Below are positions 45,666-54,492 of a stretch of DNA of 64,000 nucleotides, one piece after another. The notes under the pieces are model-generated. The model did no database searches and was not told the origin of the DNA. It saw only the letters and a list, made by a program, of their open reading frames with translations. The stretch is from IMG/VR virus record IMGVR_UViG_3300047586_000081, positions 3,014-67,013 of that record. The stretch is one strand, 5' to 3'. The stretch comes from a virus. Numbering within the stretch: the first letter of the stretch is position 1; each line of letters opens with the position of its first letter. A program made the position numbers and the translations under genes.

Positions 45666-47024
45666 CTACTCGACCGACTGGCCCTTGCCAGAAGGCTGAG
45701 GTGCTGTGTCCGTGGGTTCGGGTTCGCCGCTCATAACCTCGGCGGCCGACAGGACATCGTCGAGCGTAACTGCGCCGACCGATGTCGCCATGATGAGCTT
45801 ATCGAAGCCAGGGCCAAGCGGGGGCCGACCCTCTTCGATGCGAGCCTCGTTGATGGTCTTCCACGGCACGTTGGCAAGTGCGATCTTGTTGACCGTGGCC
45901 TTGGACGTTGACTCCCGCAGGTTGAGCTGCGTGAAGGCAAACATGAGGTTGTTGGCCCGACCGCCGAAGCCCATATCCCAGACGACTTCACGTGTGAAGT
46001 AGCCCGAGATCAGGGAGAGCAGAGGCCGCAGGCCGCGGTCCTCCGTGCCCTGTGACTGTTGCTCGGCATTGGCCCGGTTGATGTCGAAGGTGATGCCCAG
46101 GTCCTGGGGGCTGATCTGGTAGACCGCACAGATCTTTCGGACGAGGTAGGTCTGCCATTCGAGGAACTGCATGTCTCGGTTGGTGCCGCGGAACGGGACG
46201 AACTTCGACCCGCGCGTACCGCCGATGAACGCCATCGCGCCCCTACCGGCGACTTCGGCCTCAAAGTAGGAGCGGAACTTCTCAACCTGATCTGGTCGCG
46301 CTCCCTCGCCCAGGTCCAGCATGCCGTCGGGGGCTGCATTGGTGACCTGGCGCACGTTGTAGCTGGCCGCTGAAAGCTCCGCGTCAATCGCCAGCTTGAG
46401 GGTTTCGAGCGGCGAGAGCCCCATGACCGAGTGGGTGCGCGGGTGGCTCTTGATGTAGAGCATGTCCCGGTTCTTGAAAGCAGCTCGCTCGAAGTTGTCC
46501 GGGTACCAGAAGTACCGCTTCTCTTCAGGATCGCCATCCCAGGTAGCGGAGATGCGGATCGTGCCACCATCTACCGGCCACAGCTCGCCCACCTGGCCAC
46601 GCAGGTCGCGGACCTTCTCGACGATACCAGCGTCCAGGACCAGGATGTCCTCAAGGACCGGCTCTACAAAGGACCGGAACGAGTCGATGGCGGGGTTGGC
46701 GTTGTCGAAGAGGATGCGGATCTGGTCGCGCAGGGTCTCGTCGAACGGCTTGGTCATATCGGCCGGGACAATGTCCCACTCTGCCGCGGCGACCTGGTTC
46801 TTGCGGGTATCGATGGCCGCCCGGATCCACTCGCTGTGATCGGCCCAGTTGCGAAAGACTTTGACGTTGGCCTTGCCGACCTTGCCGCGCTCCTGGAAGG
46901 TCAAGGCCGCAGACGATGCAGAGCCCGGGTATCCCTGGTTGCCAGGCACCACCTTGGGGGTGGTGCGCGGCGCACGGGTGATCGTCGGGTGGGGTGCGCG
47001 GCGGTTGACGCGACGACGGCTCAT
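45666..47024 (-). CDS. portal protein (HK97-like)
   Basis: L.PVDG.TI, GLSPLE, DMQF.E, I...Y.I.P..LG, T.NEAR..G.PP. Confidence 0.95.
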   Translation of the reverse strand: MSRRRVNRRAPHPTITRAPRTTPKVVPGNQGYPGSASSAALTFQERGKVGKANVKVFRNWADHSEWIRAAIDTRKNQVAAAEWDIVPADMTKPFDETLRDQIRILFDNANPAIDSFRSFVEPVLEDILVLDAGIVEKVRDLRGQVGELWPVDGGTIRISATWDGDPEEKRYFWYPDNFERAAFKNRDMLYIKSHPRTHSVMGLSPLETLKLAIDAELSAASYNVRQVTNAAPDGMLDLGEGARPDQVEKFRSYFEAEVAGRGAMAFIGGTRGSKFVPFRGTNRDMQFLEWQTYLVRKICAVYQISPQDLGITFDINRANAEQQSQGTEDRGLRPLLSLISGYFTREVVWDMGFGGRANNLMFAFTQLNLRESTSKATVNKIALANVPWKTINEARIEEGRPPLGPGFDKLIMATSVGAVTLDDVLSAAEVMSGEPEPTDTAPQPSGKGQSVE

Positions 47025-47239
47025 TCGTACCCCCTGTTCCTGGAGAAGTGCTCTGCGATGAGTCGCCGCTGGCCCAGGTTGATCCTGTCGGCAAGGGCCT
47101 TCTGATTGGCCTCTTCGACAGCCTGGGTGTAGGTGAACCGGATCGTATCGATGGTCGCCATCATGTCGGCCAAGTAACGTGGGATGTCGCGGTCGCCGTC
47201 ACGGAAGCTCACAGTGACCACGAGGTCGGAGTCGAACAT
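47021..47239 (-). CDS. hypothetical protein
   Basis: ORF between terminase and portal. Confidence 0.7.
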   Translation of the reverse strand: MFDSDLVVTVSFRDGDRDIPRYLADMMATIDTIRFTYTQAVEEANQKALADRINLGQRRLIAEHFSRNRGYE

Positions 47240-47245
47240 ACTTCT

Positions 47246-48715
47246 CTACCTTCGCTTCACGGAGCCGTAAAAGAACATGTCACCGCCCAGGTCCATCGAG
47301 TAGCCAAGGGCGTCAACCATGTCGTCGTGGCCACGCGGGAAGCTCAGCAATTCGTGTACGAACTCTGAGTCCACGAGCGAGCGGTGGAAAAAGACCTTGT
47401 GGGCCTCGATCTTGGCCGCCACCGCGCGTGCGCGCGTGACCTTGTCTACGTCAGCGCGCTTCCCTTGAACCGGGATCCTGGGATAGTCGCGCATGATCTC
47501 TTGTATCAGGGTGGACTGGAACTGCTGGTTCTCGATGATGACGGCACCCATATGCGGATGTGCCATCCAGCCGTCCGCGACGAACTCGGCATGATGTGAC
47601 TCGCGCTTATCGCGGACCACTGAGAGCACGAAGTAGTTGCCCTCCTGGTCCTCGGCGGTGGTAGCACGAGCCGTGTAGTCGGCGCGCTCTTTCTCCGAGG
47701 AGGCCAGGTCCACGCCCATGCGGACGGTGAAGATGCTATCGGGCTCCAGTATGTCGAAGTACCTGAAGTACTCGTTGCGGAAGACATTGCCGCGCATGAG
47801 GCCCGTCACGTCGTTTTGGTATGCGCAGTTGAAGAGATCGGCGCCCAGCTCTTCCTGGCGCTTGAGCAGCGTAGCGACCGGCCATTCCTCGGGCCAGTAG
47901 GACGAAAGCTCGCCGGTCTCTCGGTCCTCAAGCAGAGCGCTGCGCACCAGGAACTTCCATCCCAGGCCACCGTCCGTGACCGGAGCCATCAGCTTCGCGT
48001 AGAGATCCTCGTCGGCCCAGCGGGTGCCCAGGATCAGGACCGCGCCACCCGGCACCAAGCAGGGCAGCAGCGTCTTGAGGAACCACGTCTCGACCTTCTC
48101 GCGCTGTTCGAGCGTCTGCGTGTTCTCCTCATCGAGGATGTCGTCGCAGACGATCAGATCGAACCGCTTGCTGATGATTGCGCCGCCCACCCCGACGGCG
48201 TACATCGACACATCCTTGGAGGTGCGCCAGCGCGACTGGGCGTGGATCCACTCCGCGTCGGTCCACTTGTCGCCCCGCTGGAACCCAAACAGCTCGATAT
48301 GCCGCGGGTTGGAGGAGATCGTGGTGTGGATGGCGCGAGAGAAGTCGAGCGCCTGCTTGGCGGTGTTGGATGCTAGGCAGACCCGAAGATCTGGATTGCG
48401 TGCGATGACGTACGAAAGGAAGCCCGTGTTGCCCCAGGTGGTCTTAGCGGCACCTCGCGGCTCAATCGCTCCGCCCTTGTCGTGATCCCGCACGAGCTTG
48501 AGGAGATGGTCCACCATCTCACGATGATGAGGCGCAGGGGCATATCCGTGAACGTACTCGACATAGGAGAAGACATCATCCTTCGCCAATGCCTTGAGCG
48601 AGAGGAGGTAAACCTGATCCCAGTCTTCGGGGCTCAGTTCCTCGGCGTTGTCGCGCAAGCTCTGCAAGAGCGACTGCCACATCTGGGGGGAGTTCAGCTG
48701 AGAAGTTGAGTCCAA
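47246..48715 (-). CDS. terL: terminase large subunit
   Basis: PRGAAKTT, LIVCDD, GTRW..EDL, VDLA, FPRGHDDMVDA; start uncertain. Confidence 0.96.
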   Translation of the reverse strand: MDSTSQLNSPQMWQSLLQSLRDNAEELSPEDWDQVYLLSLKALAKDDVFSYVEYVHGYAPAPHHREMVDHLLKLVRDHDKGGAIEPRGAAKTTWGNTGFLSYVIARNPDLRVCLASNTAKQALDFSRAIHTTISSNPRHIELFGFQRGDKWTDAEWIHAQSRWRTSKDVSMYAVGVGGAIISKRFDLIVCDDILDEENTQTLEQREKVETWFLKTLLPCLVPGGAVLILGTRWADEDLYAKLMAPVTDGGLGWKFLVRSALLEDRETGELSSYWPEEWPVATLLKRQEELGADLFNCAYQNDVTGLMRGNVFRNEYFRYFDILEPDSIFTVRMGVDLASSEKERADYTARATTAEDQEGNYFVLSVVRDKRESHHAEFVADGWMAHPHMGAVIIENQQFQSTLIQEIMRDYPRIPVQGKRADVDKVTRARAVAAKIEAHKVFFHRSLVDSEFVHELLSFPRGHDDMVDALGYSMDLGGDMFFYGSVKRR

Positions 48716-49115
48716 GGTTCAGGTTCTCCGTTCGGGAGGTCGGTTCGCCACGCAGGATCAGGAGCTTCTCCGCGGCGAGGATGGCCTCGCGCGGGGCAAT
48801 GATGGGGCGCTTGCTCTCGTCCTCGCTGGCCAGCCTCTCGGCAAATCGCGCCAGTATTCCTTGGAGAACTAGTGCAACCTGCTCTCGGTCGGCGAGGGCG
48901 CGCTCAGCCTCGACATCAGCCAGCTTGTCAATCGTCTTGTTCGTCTTCCGGCGGCGGTAGTCCTCGCGCTTGCGTTTCCACTCGCGCTTACGGGACTGGG
49001 TTGCCACCGAGGACCAGGAGCGTATGTCGTGCTGGCGACACAGCTCGCGGATCGTCATCTCGCCCTGGATGAACTCGATCTCCAGGGCCTCGTAGTCCTG
49101 CTTATATGCGGTCAT
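48576..49115 (-). CDS. terS: terminase small subunit
   Basis: N-terminal HTH, GEPT.R.E motif; overlaps TerL. Confidence 0.8.
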   Translation of the reverse strand: MTAYKQDYEALEIEFIQGEMTIRELCRQHDIRSWSSVATQSRKREWKRKREDYRRRKTNKTIDKLADVEAERALADREQVALVLQGILARFAERLASEDESKRPIIAPREAILAAEKLLILRGEPTSRTENLNLGLNFSAELPPDVAVALAELARQRRGTEPRRLGSGLPPLAQGIGEG

Positions 49116-49123
49116 GGCTTCAC

Positions 49124-49774
49124 CTACTCGGCCAGGAAGTCCACGGCAATCGCGGCCAACGCCTCATCGTCATTGTCAAGCGCGAGCTGCTCCTTGGCTG
49201 TAGCCAGGGCGCGGTCCAAGACTGCTGCGGTATCGTCGCTGACGCGAAAGAGCCGCTCCACCCAATGTCGTGTCTCTCTGGACACGGGTTCGGCTGGCTG
49301 TTGCGCCTTCTTCTCGAAAGCGGACCAGTCGAAGTTCTTGTTCATGTCCGCCAGTCGGGCAAACACGCCGTCGTCGTAGGGGATCGTCTTGCGCAGCTTG
49401 TCAATGCTTGTCGAATTGACAAGTAGCTTGAGGATCTCCTGAACGCGGGCCGGGTCGTGGGTGCCATGGATCTCGCGCAGGACCAGCGTGAGCTGCATGG
49501 CCATGTTGTCGTCGATCTCGCCCAGGTTCCAACACGGAACCTCTTCCATGCCCAGCTCGTTGGCCACCAGCCAGCGGTGCTCGCCGTCGATAATCTCATA
49601 CACGCCCGGGCGTTCCGGGTGGGTGCGCACGATGATCTGGTCCACGAACCCGAACTCTTCAATGGACGCGCGCTCACGTGCGAGCATGTCGGCATCCATG
49701 ACGTTTGGGTTCCACGGGTTTGGGTAGAGGCGGCTGACCGGCAGGTTCATGGCCTCGCCGTTGATACGGTTCAT
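49124..49774 (-). CDS. ParB/Srx N-terminal domain protein
   Basis: PNPWNPN.M, SI..FGF...I.VR, IIDGEHRW. Confidence 0.92.
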   Translation of the reverse strand: MNRINGEAMNLPVSRLYPNPWNPNVMDADMLARERASIEEFGFVDQIIVRTHPERPGVYEIIDGEHRWLVANELGMEEVPCWNLGEIDDNMAMQLTLVLREIHGTHDPARVQEILKLLVNSTSIDKLRKTIPYDDGVFARLADMNKNFDWSAFEKKAQQPAEPVSRETRHWVERLFRVSDDTAAVLDRALATAKEQLALDNDDEALAAIAVDFLAE

Positions 49775-50100
49775 CGCTTCGTCCGGGTGACGCCCCCGGC
49801 CAGACCGCGACCGTCCTCGACCTCTATCATCTCCAGGTTCGGGAATGCCTCGACAAGGCGCTCCGCGAGCCAGCGGGCAATGCCGGAGAGGGTGGGCTCG
49901 CCGCCTATCATCATCAGGTTGAGATCGCGGTCGTTCAGCTCATAGAGGATCGTGCTCAGTAGGTCTTGCAGCTGGGGTGCGTCCGCACGCACGAAGACGC
50001 GCACGGTAAAGGTATGACCGTGCAGGCTGGCGCAGCGCGCCGGGTGGGCTACCTGGTGGCTGGCGTCAAACTTCGCCGTTACCTCGGTGAAAGACTCCAT
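49771..50100 (-). CDS. queD: QueD / 6-pyruvoyl-tetrahydropterin synthase family protein
   Basis: FDASH, C..LHGHT, LN......PT...IA.W; GGAG RBS. Confidence 0.82.
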   Translation of the reverse strand: MESFTEVTAKFDASHQVAHPARCASLHGHTFTVRVFVRADAPQLQDLLSTILYELNDRDLNLMMIGGEPTLSGIARWLAERLVEAFPNLEMIEVEDGRGLAGGVTRTKR

Positions 50101-50110
50101 GGTTCTCCAG

Positions 50111-50151
50111 AAAGAAGGGACGGGCTCACACCAACGTGGGCGAGCCCGTCC
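50111..50151 (-). terminator. terminator/attenuator upstream of queD
   Basis: GGACGGGCTC/GAGCCCGTCC stem followed by CTTCTTT. Confidence 0.6.
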
Positions 50152-50226
50152 ATTCGGGGGTGGCATGCGCCTCGGTGCAGGTCTACCGGGTGCACACCTG
50201 TGGCTATGTGTGTCGATTACTTGCGG

Positions 50227-50255
50227 AGAATACACCTCCGCGTAGCACAAGCCAA
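50227..50255 (-). promoter_or_regulatory. sigma70-like promoter TTGGCT-N17-TATTCT
   Basis: 17-nt spacer; intergenic. Confidence 0.55.
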
Positions 50256-50276
50256 GGGCTTGTGCGCCTTTATTCC

Positions 50277-50399
50277 TCAGTCTGTGCTCTTAGCAGGCGT
50301 CCAAGAACCCAAAACGCGCACACCTGAGCGCACGCGATAGACCACGACGGGCTCAGTCAAGGTCGGGAACGTCTCTCGAAACTCTCTCTGAGTCATCAT
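50277..50399 (-). CDS. 40-aa Phd/YefM-like DNA-binding protein
   Basis: MMTQREFRETFPTLTEPVVV......VLGSWTP; similar to 60973-61233. Confidence 0.6.
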   Translation of the reverse strand: MMTQREFRETFPTLTEPVVVYRVRSGVRVLGSWTPAKSTD

Positions 50400-50706
50400 C
50401 CTCTTGGGTTTCTTCTTCGTCGAAGAGGTTGTGGGAGTACTTGAACTCGGAGCCGACGGCGGTGTCGCTCCATTCGGCGACCCAGACGGCGTCATTGGGA
50501 TCGAAATGCCACCCGAAACTGACGAACTCGGCGCGGCATCTTCCGGGCTTGCCGGAGCTATCGACATACCAAGCCTCCATTGCCTGGGGGACGGATGTGT
50601 CCACCCAGAAGTCCGGTGGATCCTGCACGAGCGCCAGGACCAGGATCGGCTCCTGATCCAGCATGGCACAGCGGAAGTCTTCTGGGACCGCGAGAACCGT
50701 AGACAT
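50353..50706 (-). CDS. hypothetical acidic protein
   Basis: GGAGG RBS. Confidence 0.7.
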   Translation of the reverse strand: MSTVLAVPEDFRCAMLDQEPILVLALVQDPPDFWVDTSVPQAMEAWYVDSSGKPGRCRAEFVSFGWHFDPNDAVWVAEWSDTAVGSEFKYSHNLFDEEETQEDDDSERVSRDVPDLD

Positions 50707-50718
50707 GCGACCTCCAAC

Positions 50719-50751
50719 TAAAAGTGCCCGCCGCGGGGACGACGGGCACTT
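50719..50751 (-). terminator. intrinsic terminator
   Basis: AAGTGCCCG/CGGGCACTT followed by T run. Confidence 0.6.
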
Positions 50752-50808
50752 GCTCGAACCCCCTTCTATCGCTCGGGGAGCGGCAGCTTACGGAGCTATC
50801 TTCCCATT

Positions 50809-50839
50809 TTGGTACCGTTCTGTCAACTTACGGTACCAA
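50809..50839 (-). promoter_or_regulatory. 10-bp inverted repeat TTGGTACCGT/ACGGTACCAA flanking TTGACA
   Basis: Perfect inverted repeat around a consensus -35. Confidence 0.5.
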
Positions 50840-50845
50840 CTTGGG

Positions 50846-51565
50846 TCACCTGTCCCAGGCCAACTCCTTCAGGCGCTTGAAGGGAGGGTCGATGGTAATG
50901 GAAGGGTCTAGCCCAGAGGCGAAGGGCGTCTTGAAGCCAGGACCCTCCATCTTCGCTTCCCAGGGCTCGCAGCCCCACTTCTGGCGGAAGAGGATGCGGT
51001 TCTGCGGGTAGGTGCGGTTGTTGGCCGCCCTCTGTGTGGGCTGCGCGATGGTCTGGCTGGACAAGTGGCTGGTGGAAGAAGGAGTATCGACCCACTCCAC
51101 GCCGAGCAGTATCGCACGCCAGGACCAGTCCGAGTCCTCGCAGTAGGCGGGGTAGAAGTTCTCGTCGAACCAACCGACCCGCTCCACGGCAGCTGCGTTG
51201 ATGGCGAACGCGGAGAACCCGCAACCAGCCAAGGTTCTCATGACCGGGCCTGTAGCAGCGCTCATCTCTGAGTCCATCCGCGCCAAGTCGCCGCGACCGA
51301 AGACGATGTCATCGTTCACGAACATCCACCACGGTGCCTTGATGTTGGCCCGAATGACGAGGTTCAGGGCCGCGCCGAAGCCCATGTTGTAGCCAGGATC
51401 GCAGACGTGCATTCCCTCGGCCCAGGACAGTTCGCCGTCGGCCTTGTCATACAGGCCGCCGTTGTCCACGACGAAGTAGCGCTGGACCTCGTGGTCAACG
51501 CTGGCCTCCATGTTGGCCAGGAGATCATACCGGTTGAGCACCGGGCATCCGAGGACAGGGATCAT
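50846..51565 (-). CDS. GT2 (GT-A) glycosyltransferase
   Basis: VVDNG, N.GF, FVNDD, VG.FDENF.PAY.ED.D. Confidence 0.93.
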   Translation of the reverse strand: MIPVLGCPVLNRYDLLANMEASVDHEVQRYFVVDNGGLYDKADGELSWAEGMHVCDPGYNMGFGAALNLVIRANIKAPWWMFVNDDIVFGRGDLARMDSEMSAATGPVMRTLAGCGFSAFAINAAAVERVGWFDENFYPAYCEDSDWSWRAILLGVEWVDTPSSTSHLSSQTIAQPTQRAANNRTYPQNRILFRQKWGCEPWEAKMEGPGFKTPFASGLDPSITIDPPFKRLKELAWDR

Positions 51566-52170
51566 GCTTTCACCGCAATGGCGAGTCCGTTGATGATCGT
51601 TAGAGACTCAACCTTGAAATCGTCATTCGTCGGCGATGCGGGCGAATTGTGGACGGACTTGCGAGCTATATCGTCGGCAGCGACCGAGTCTACGAGGTCC
51701 TTGATGAACCCAACCATGCCCGCGTAGTGGTGGGACTCGAACTGTGCGCCGTCTGGCCAGTCGCCCCAATAGCCAGTGCCCCAGTCCTCGATGGCATAGA
51801 TGCCGCCCGTGCGCATTCTTGGGAAGAGATAGAGGAACGAGGCACGAGCGCTGCGCGCGATGTGGGCACAGTCGTCAATCACAATGTCGAACGTGTCCCC
51901 GCAGCGCGCCAGAGCGGCAGGGTCCTCCTGGTCGCCCTCCACGGCGCGGATCCGAGGATGGCCAATAGCTGGAACCTGGCGATCCAGGCCAACGATCTGG
52001 CCCTTGGGAAAGTACTCGGCCCAGTAGCGCAGAGAGCCGCCCCCGGCGACACCAAGCTCAAGAAGTCGCACCGGCTGGGCGCGCAACCCCGCGAAAAAGC
52101 GCTCGTAGAGCCGCAGGTAGTGGAGACCCTTGTCACTGTCCGGGATGCCTAGAGTGATGTCTGAGATCAT
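51562..52170 (-). CDS. class I SAM methyltransferase (sugar O-methyltransferase-like)
   Basis: LLELGV..GGS...W..YFP, GDQ.D, FDIVIDD..H, GG.Y.IED. Confidence 0.9.
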   Translation of the reverse strand: MISDITLGIPDSDKGLHYLRLYERFFAGLRAQPVRLLELGVAGGGSLRYWAEYFPKGQIVGLDRQVPAIGHPRIRAVEGDQEDPAALARCGDTFDIVIDDCAHIARSARASFLYLFPRMRTGGIYAIEDWGTGYWGDWPDGAQFESHHYAGMVGFIKDLVDSVAADDIARKSVHNSPASPTNDDFKVESLTIINGLAIAVKA

Positions 52171-52808
52171 GGTGGTGGCCAATTCCTGTGGTAGTGAAGG
52201 ACCAGATGGGGTAGGAAGTAGAACCGCACCGCGCCGCTTTCCCACATGCGCATCCATAGGTCGGCGTCGCCGTAGCGTCTGCGATTGGTGTAGCAATCGA
52301 GATCGTAGCGGAACGGCAAAGAGGTACGGTACAGGTTGGCGCCATTGCTGAGCTGCCCGCCCCCGGGCGGCCAGGCCCCGTAGCGTTGGCCGGTGCTGAC
52401 GCCCGCCTTGTTGTAGACCTCGCTAATGCCGTAAACGTGGTCAGCATGCTCGCGCTCGGCCGCGGCTAGCAAGACCTCATTGTGGTCGGGCGTCCAGGCA
52501 TCATCGTCGGCCAACACCGCGATCCAGTCGCCCAGCGCGTGGTCTATCCCATAGTTGAGACTGGCCAGCCCAATGACGGCCCAGCGGGCGTCGAAGTCCT
52601 CGGGGTAACTCTGGTGGGGCAGATTGGTAAACCTGAAGCGCGGATCCTCTAACGCAAGTTTCTCCATCAGAGCAACTGTCTCGTCGTCGGTCCCATCGCC
52701 AACGACGTGGCACTCCCAGTCGGTATGGGTCTGGGCCAGCACAGACGGGATGGCACGATGCATGAGGGTATCCGGGCGGTTGTAGGTGGGAATGATGACG
52801 GAGATCAT
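52167..52808 (-). CDS. GT2 glycosyltransferase
   Basis: ISVIIPTYNR, VVGDG, WIAVLADDD. Confidence 0.94.
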   Translation of the reverse strand: MISVIIPTYNRPDTLMHRAIPSVLAQTHTDWECHVVGDGTDDETVALMEKLALEDPRFRFTNLPHQSYPEDFDARWAVIGLASLNYGIDHALGDWIAVLADDDAWTPDHNEVLLAAAEREHADHVYGISEVYNKAGVSTGQRYGAWPPGGGQLSNGANLYRTSLPFRYDLDCYTNRRRYGDADLWMRMWESGAVRFYFLPHLVLHYHRNWPPP

Positions 52809-53722
52809 CGCATCGCCATCGCCTTCTGCCAGATGAGGTCGAGCTGCCTGGCGACTTTGCTCTCGTCGTGCCAACGCTCGACGTGAGCCGTCCCAGCAGC
52901 GGCGAAGAGCCTGCGGACCTCGGGGTCGCGCATGTGTTCGAGCTGCTCGCCGAGGGTATGCTCATTCGCTAGCAGGAACGGTAGATCGCCAAACAGGTTG
53001 AGCATCAGGTCGATGGTCCGCTGGTCGGATGCGCCAGACACCACCGGGATACCCATCGCCATCGCCTCGATGCTTGAGAGGGCGTAACCGATGCGGAGCT
53101 GGTCATAGAATATGTCGGCCTGCGCCTTGCGCGCCAGGCACTCATCCCAGGTCTCCCCTTCAATCACATCGGTTGTGAAGTCGGACGGCACAACACTCAG
53201 GAAAAGGTCAGTGTCCTTCCGTACGCGATCTGTTGGAGAGTGGGCAATCCGCAGACCTTCGTGCAGGACGAAGTTGTCGTGCCGGATTTGCCGCATCCGG
53301 TCCAGGTTGCATGGGTTGGGCAGCCATTCGAGGCTCGGACCGTTCAGCAGCAGATCAGGCGTTGAGACAATCCCATAGGCCCTATATTCCGCAACCTCGC
53401 GGATCAACTCCTGGGTACGAAACTCGTCGAACTCCGCCCCGTGGTGGTGCATAACCAGCGGCTTGTCGCGCCAACCCGCGAAAGGAGTGACCGCGTTCCA
53501 GCGTTCCACGACATGGATGACATCGGCCTCGCGGAACAGATCCGCGTATCCGGCAGGCATCGGTGCCCCGAGTGCCCAATACAGATCAGTTGGATAGGCC
53601 ATGTAGCGGTGGAGACGGTGAATGACGCGCACCGACCAATCGGTGTACTTCTCCATGGCGTACTTGAGGGCGATCCCAATCCCCGCGGTATCCATGTTGG
53701 ACGAGAGAATGAGCGCCTTCAC
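52805..53722 (-). CDS. GT-B glycosyltransferase
   Basis: HHHG, IAHSPT...K.T, DQL..GY..S.IEAMAMG.PV. Confidence 0.88.
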   Translation of the reverse strand: MKALILSSNMDTAGIGIALKYAMEKYTDWSVRVIHRLHRYMAYPTDLYWALGAPMPAGYADLFREADVIHVVERWNAVTPFAGWRDKPLVMHHHGAEFDEFRTQELIREVAEYRAYGIVSTPDLLLNGPSLEWLPNPCNLDRMRQIRHDNFVLHEGLRIAHSPTDRVRKDTDLFLSVVPSDFTTDVIEGETWDECLARKAQADIFYDQLRIGYALSSIEAMAMGIPVVSGASDQRTIDLMLNLFGDLPFLLANEHTLGEQLEHMRDPEVRRLFAAAGTAHVERWHDESKVARQLDLIWQKAMAMR

Positions 53723-54492
53723 GCGGGCGGCTCCGTCTTGTAATCGAGCTGCGGTTCGGGCAGCCCCTCCTGGTTATCTTCCTGACCAGTCAGGCGCACG
53801 ACCAGCGCGCGGTCATTCTGATAGGCGCGGGATGCCAGCATGTATTCCTCGGTGCGGAACATGCAACGGTGCTCGATCCAGTATTCGGCCGTTAGCCGAT
53901 AGGCCGGAAGATGCGGGTGAGCGTCGTCGCCGTGCATTAGCCAGACTCGCTCCCCGTTCTTCAAGGCACTAATGAAGAAGTGGCGCCTCTCGGCCTGGAT
54001 GCCGGGCAAAGCCCGATACAGGATCGAGTGGTACTGCACGCCACGCGCTCCTTGCTCGTGCCACGGCCCGGGCGTCATCGTGCCCATCGGGTTGCTCGGA
54101 GTCACGAATGGGATCTCGTACACGTCGGCTTGGCTCTGCTCAAGTTCCTTCCGCACTGCCTCCCACTTGGCGTGCAGCACATAGTCTGCATCCATGACAG
54201 CGATCCAGTCAGAGCCCTGGGCTGCGCGCTGATAGAGGAAGGTCCGCTTCTCAACCTGGCCAAGCCAGCCCCGGACTGGGATGTAGATGTCGCAGTCCAG
54301 GCCGACGCGCTGGGCAGCCTCCCGAATGGCATCTTCCTCGGCCTGGGAGCTTCTGATGGTTCCACCCGGATAGCGGCCCCAGGACCCGTCTACAGCCACG
54401 ATCCGGTCGGCCACCTTGGCAGTACTGCGAACACATGCCTCCAGAAGTTCTGGGTCTTCGTTCGACCACATCAGCGCAGCGGTCACGATCAT
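53719..54492 (-). CDS. GT2-like glycosyltransferase
   Basis: NE...L..C..S, IVAVDG, EKRT, DWI..MDAD. Confidence 0.85.
   Translation of the reverse strand: MIVTAALMWSNEDPELLEACVRSTAKVADRIVAVDGSWGRYPGGTIRSSQAEEDAIREAAQRVGLDCDIYIPVRGWLGQVEKRTFLYQRAAQGSDWIAVMDADYVLHAKWEAVRKELEQSQADVYEIPFVTPSNPMGTMTPGPWHEQGARGVQYHSILYRALPGIQAERRHFFISALKNGERVWLMHGDDAHPHLPAYRLTAEYWIEHRCMFRTEEYMLASRAYQNDRALVVRLTGQEDNQEGLPEPQLDYKTEPPA

Noticed and set aside
49124-49774. Plasmid-prophage partition system
   Set aside because: No ParA or parS seen; ParB-N genes next to terminase are common in phages
50101-50226. preQ1 riboswitch upstream of queD
   Set aside because: No preQ1-I stem/loop or A-rich tail consensus seen
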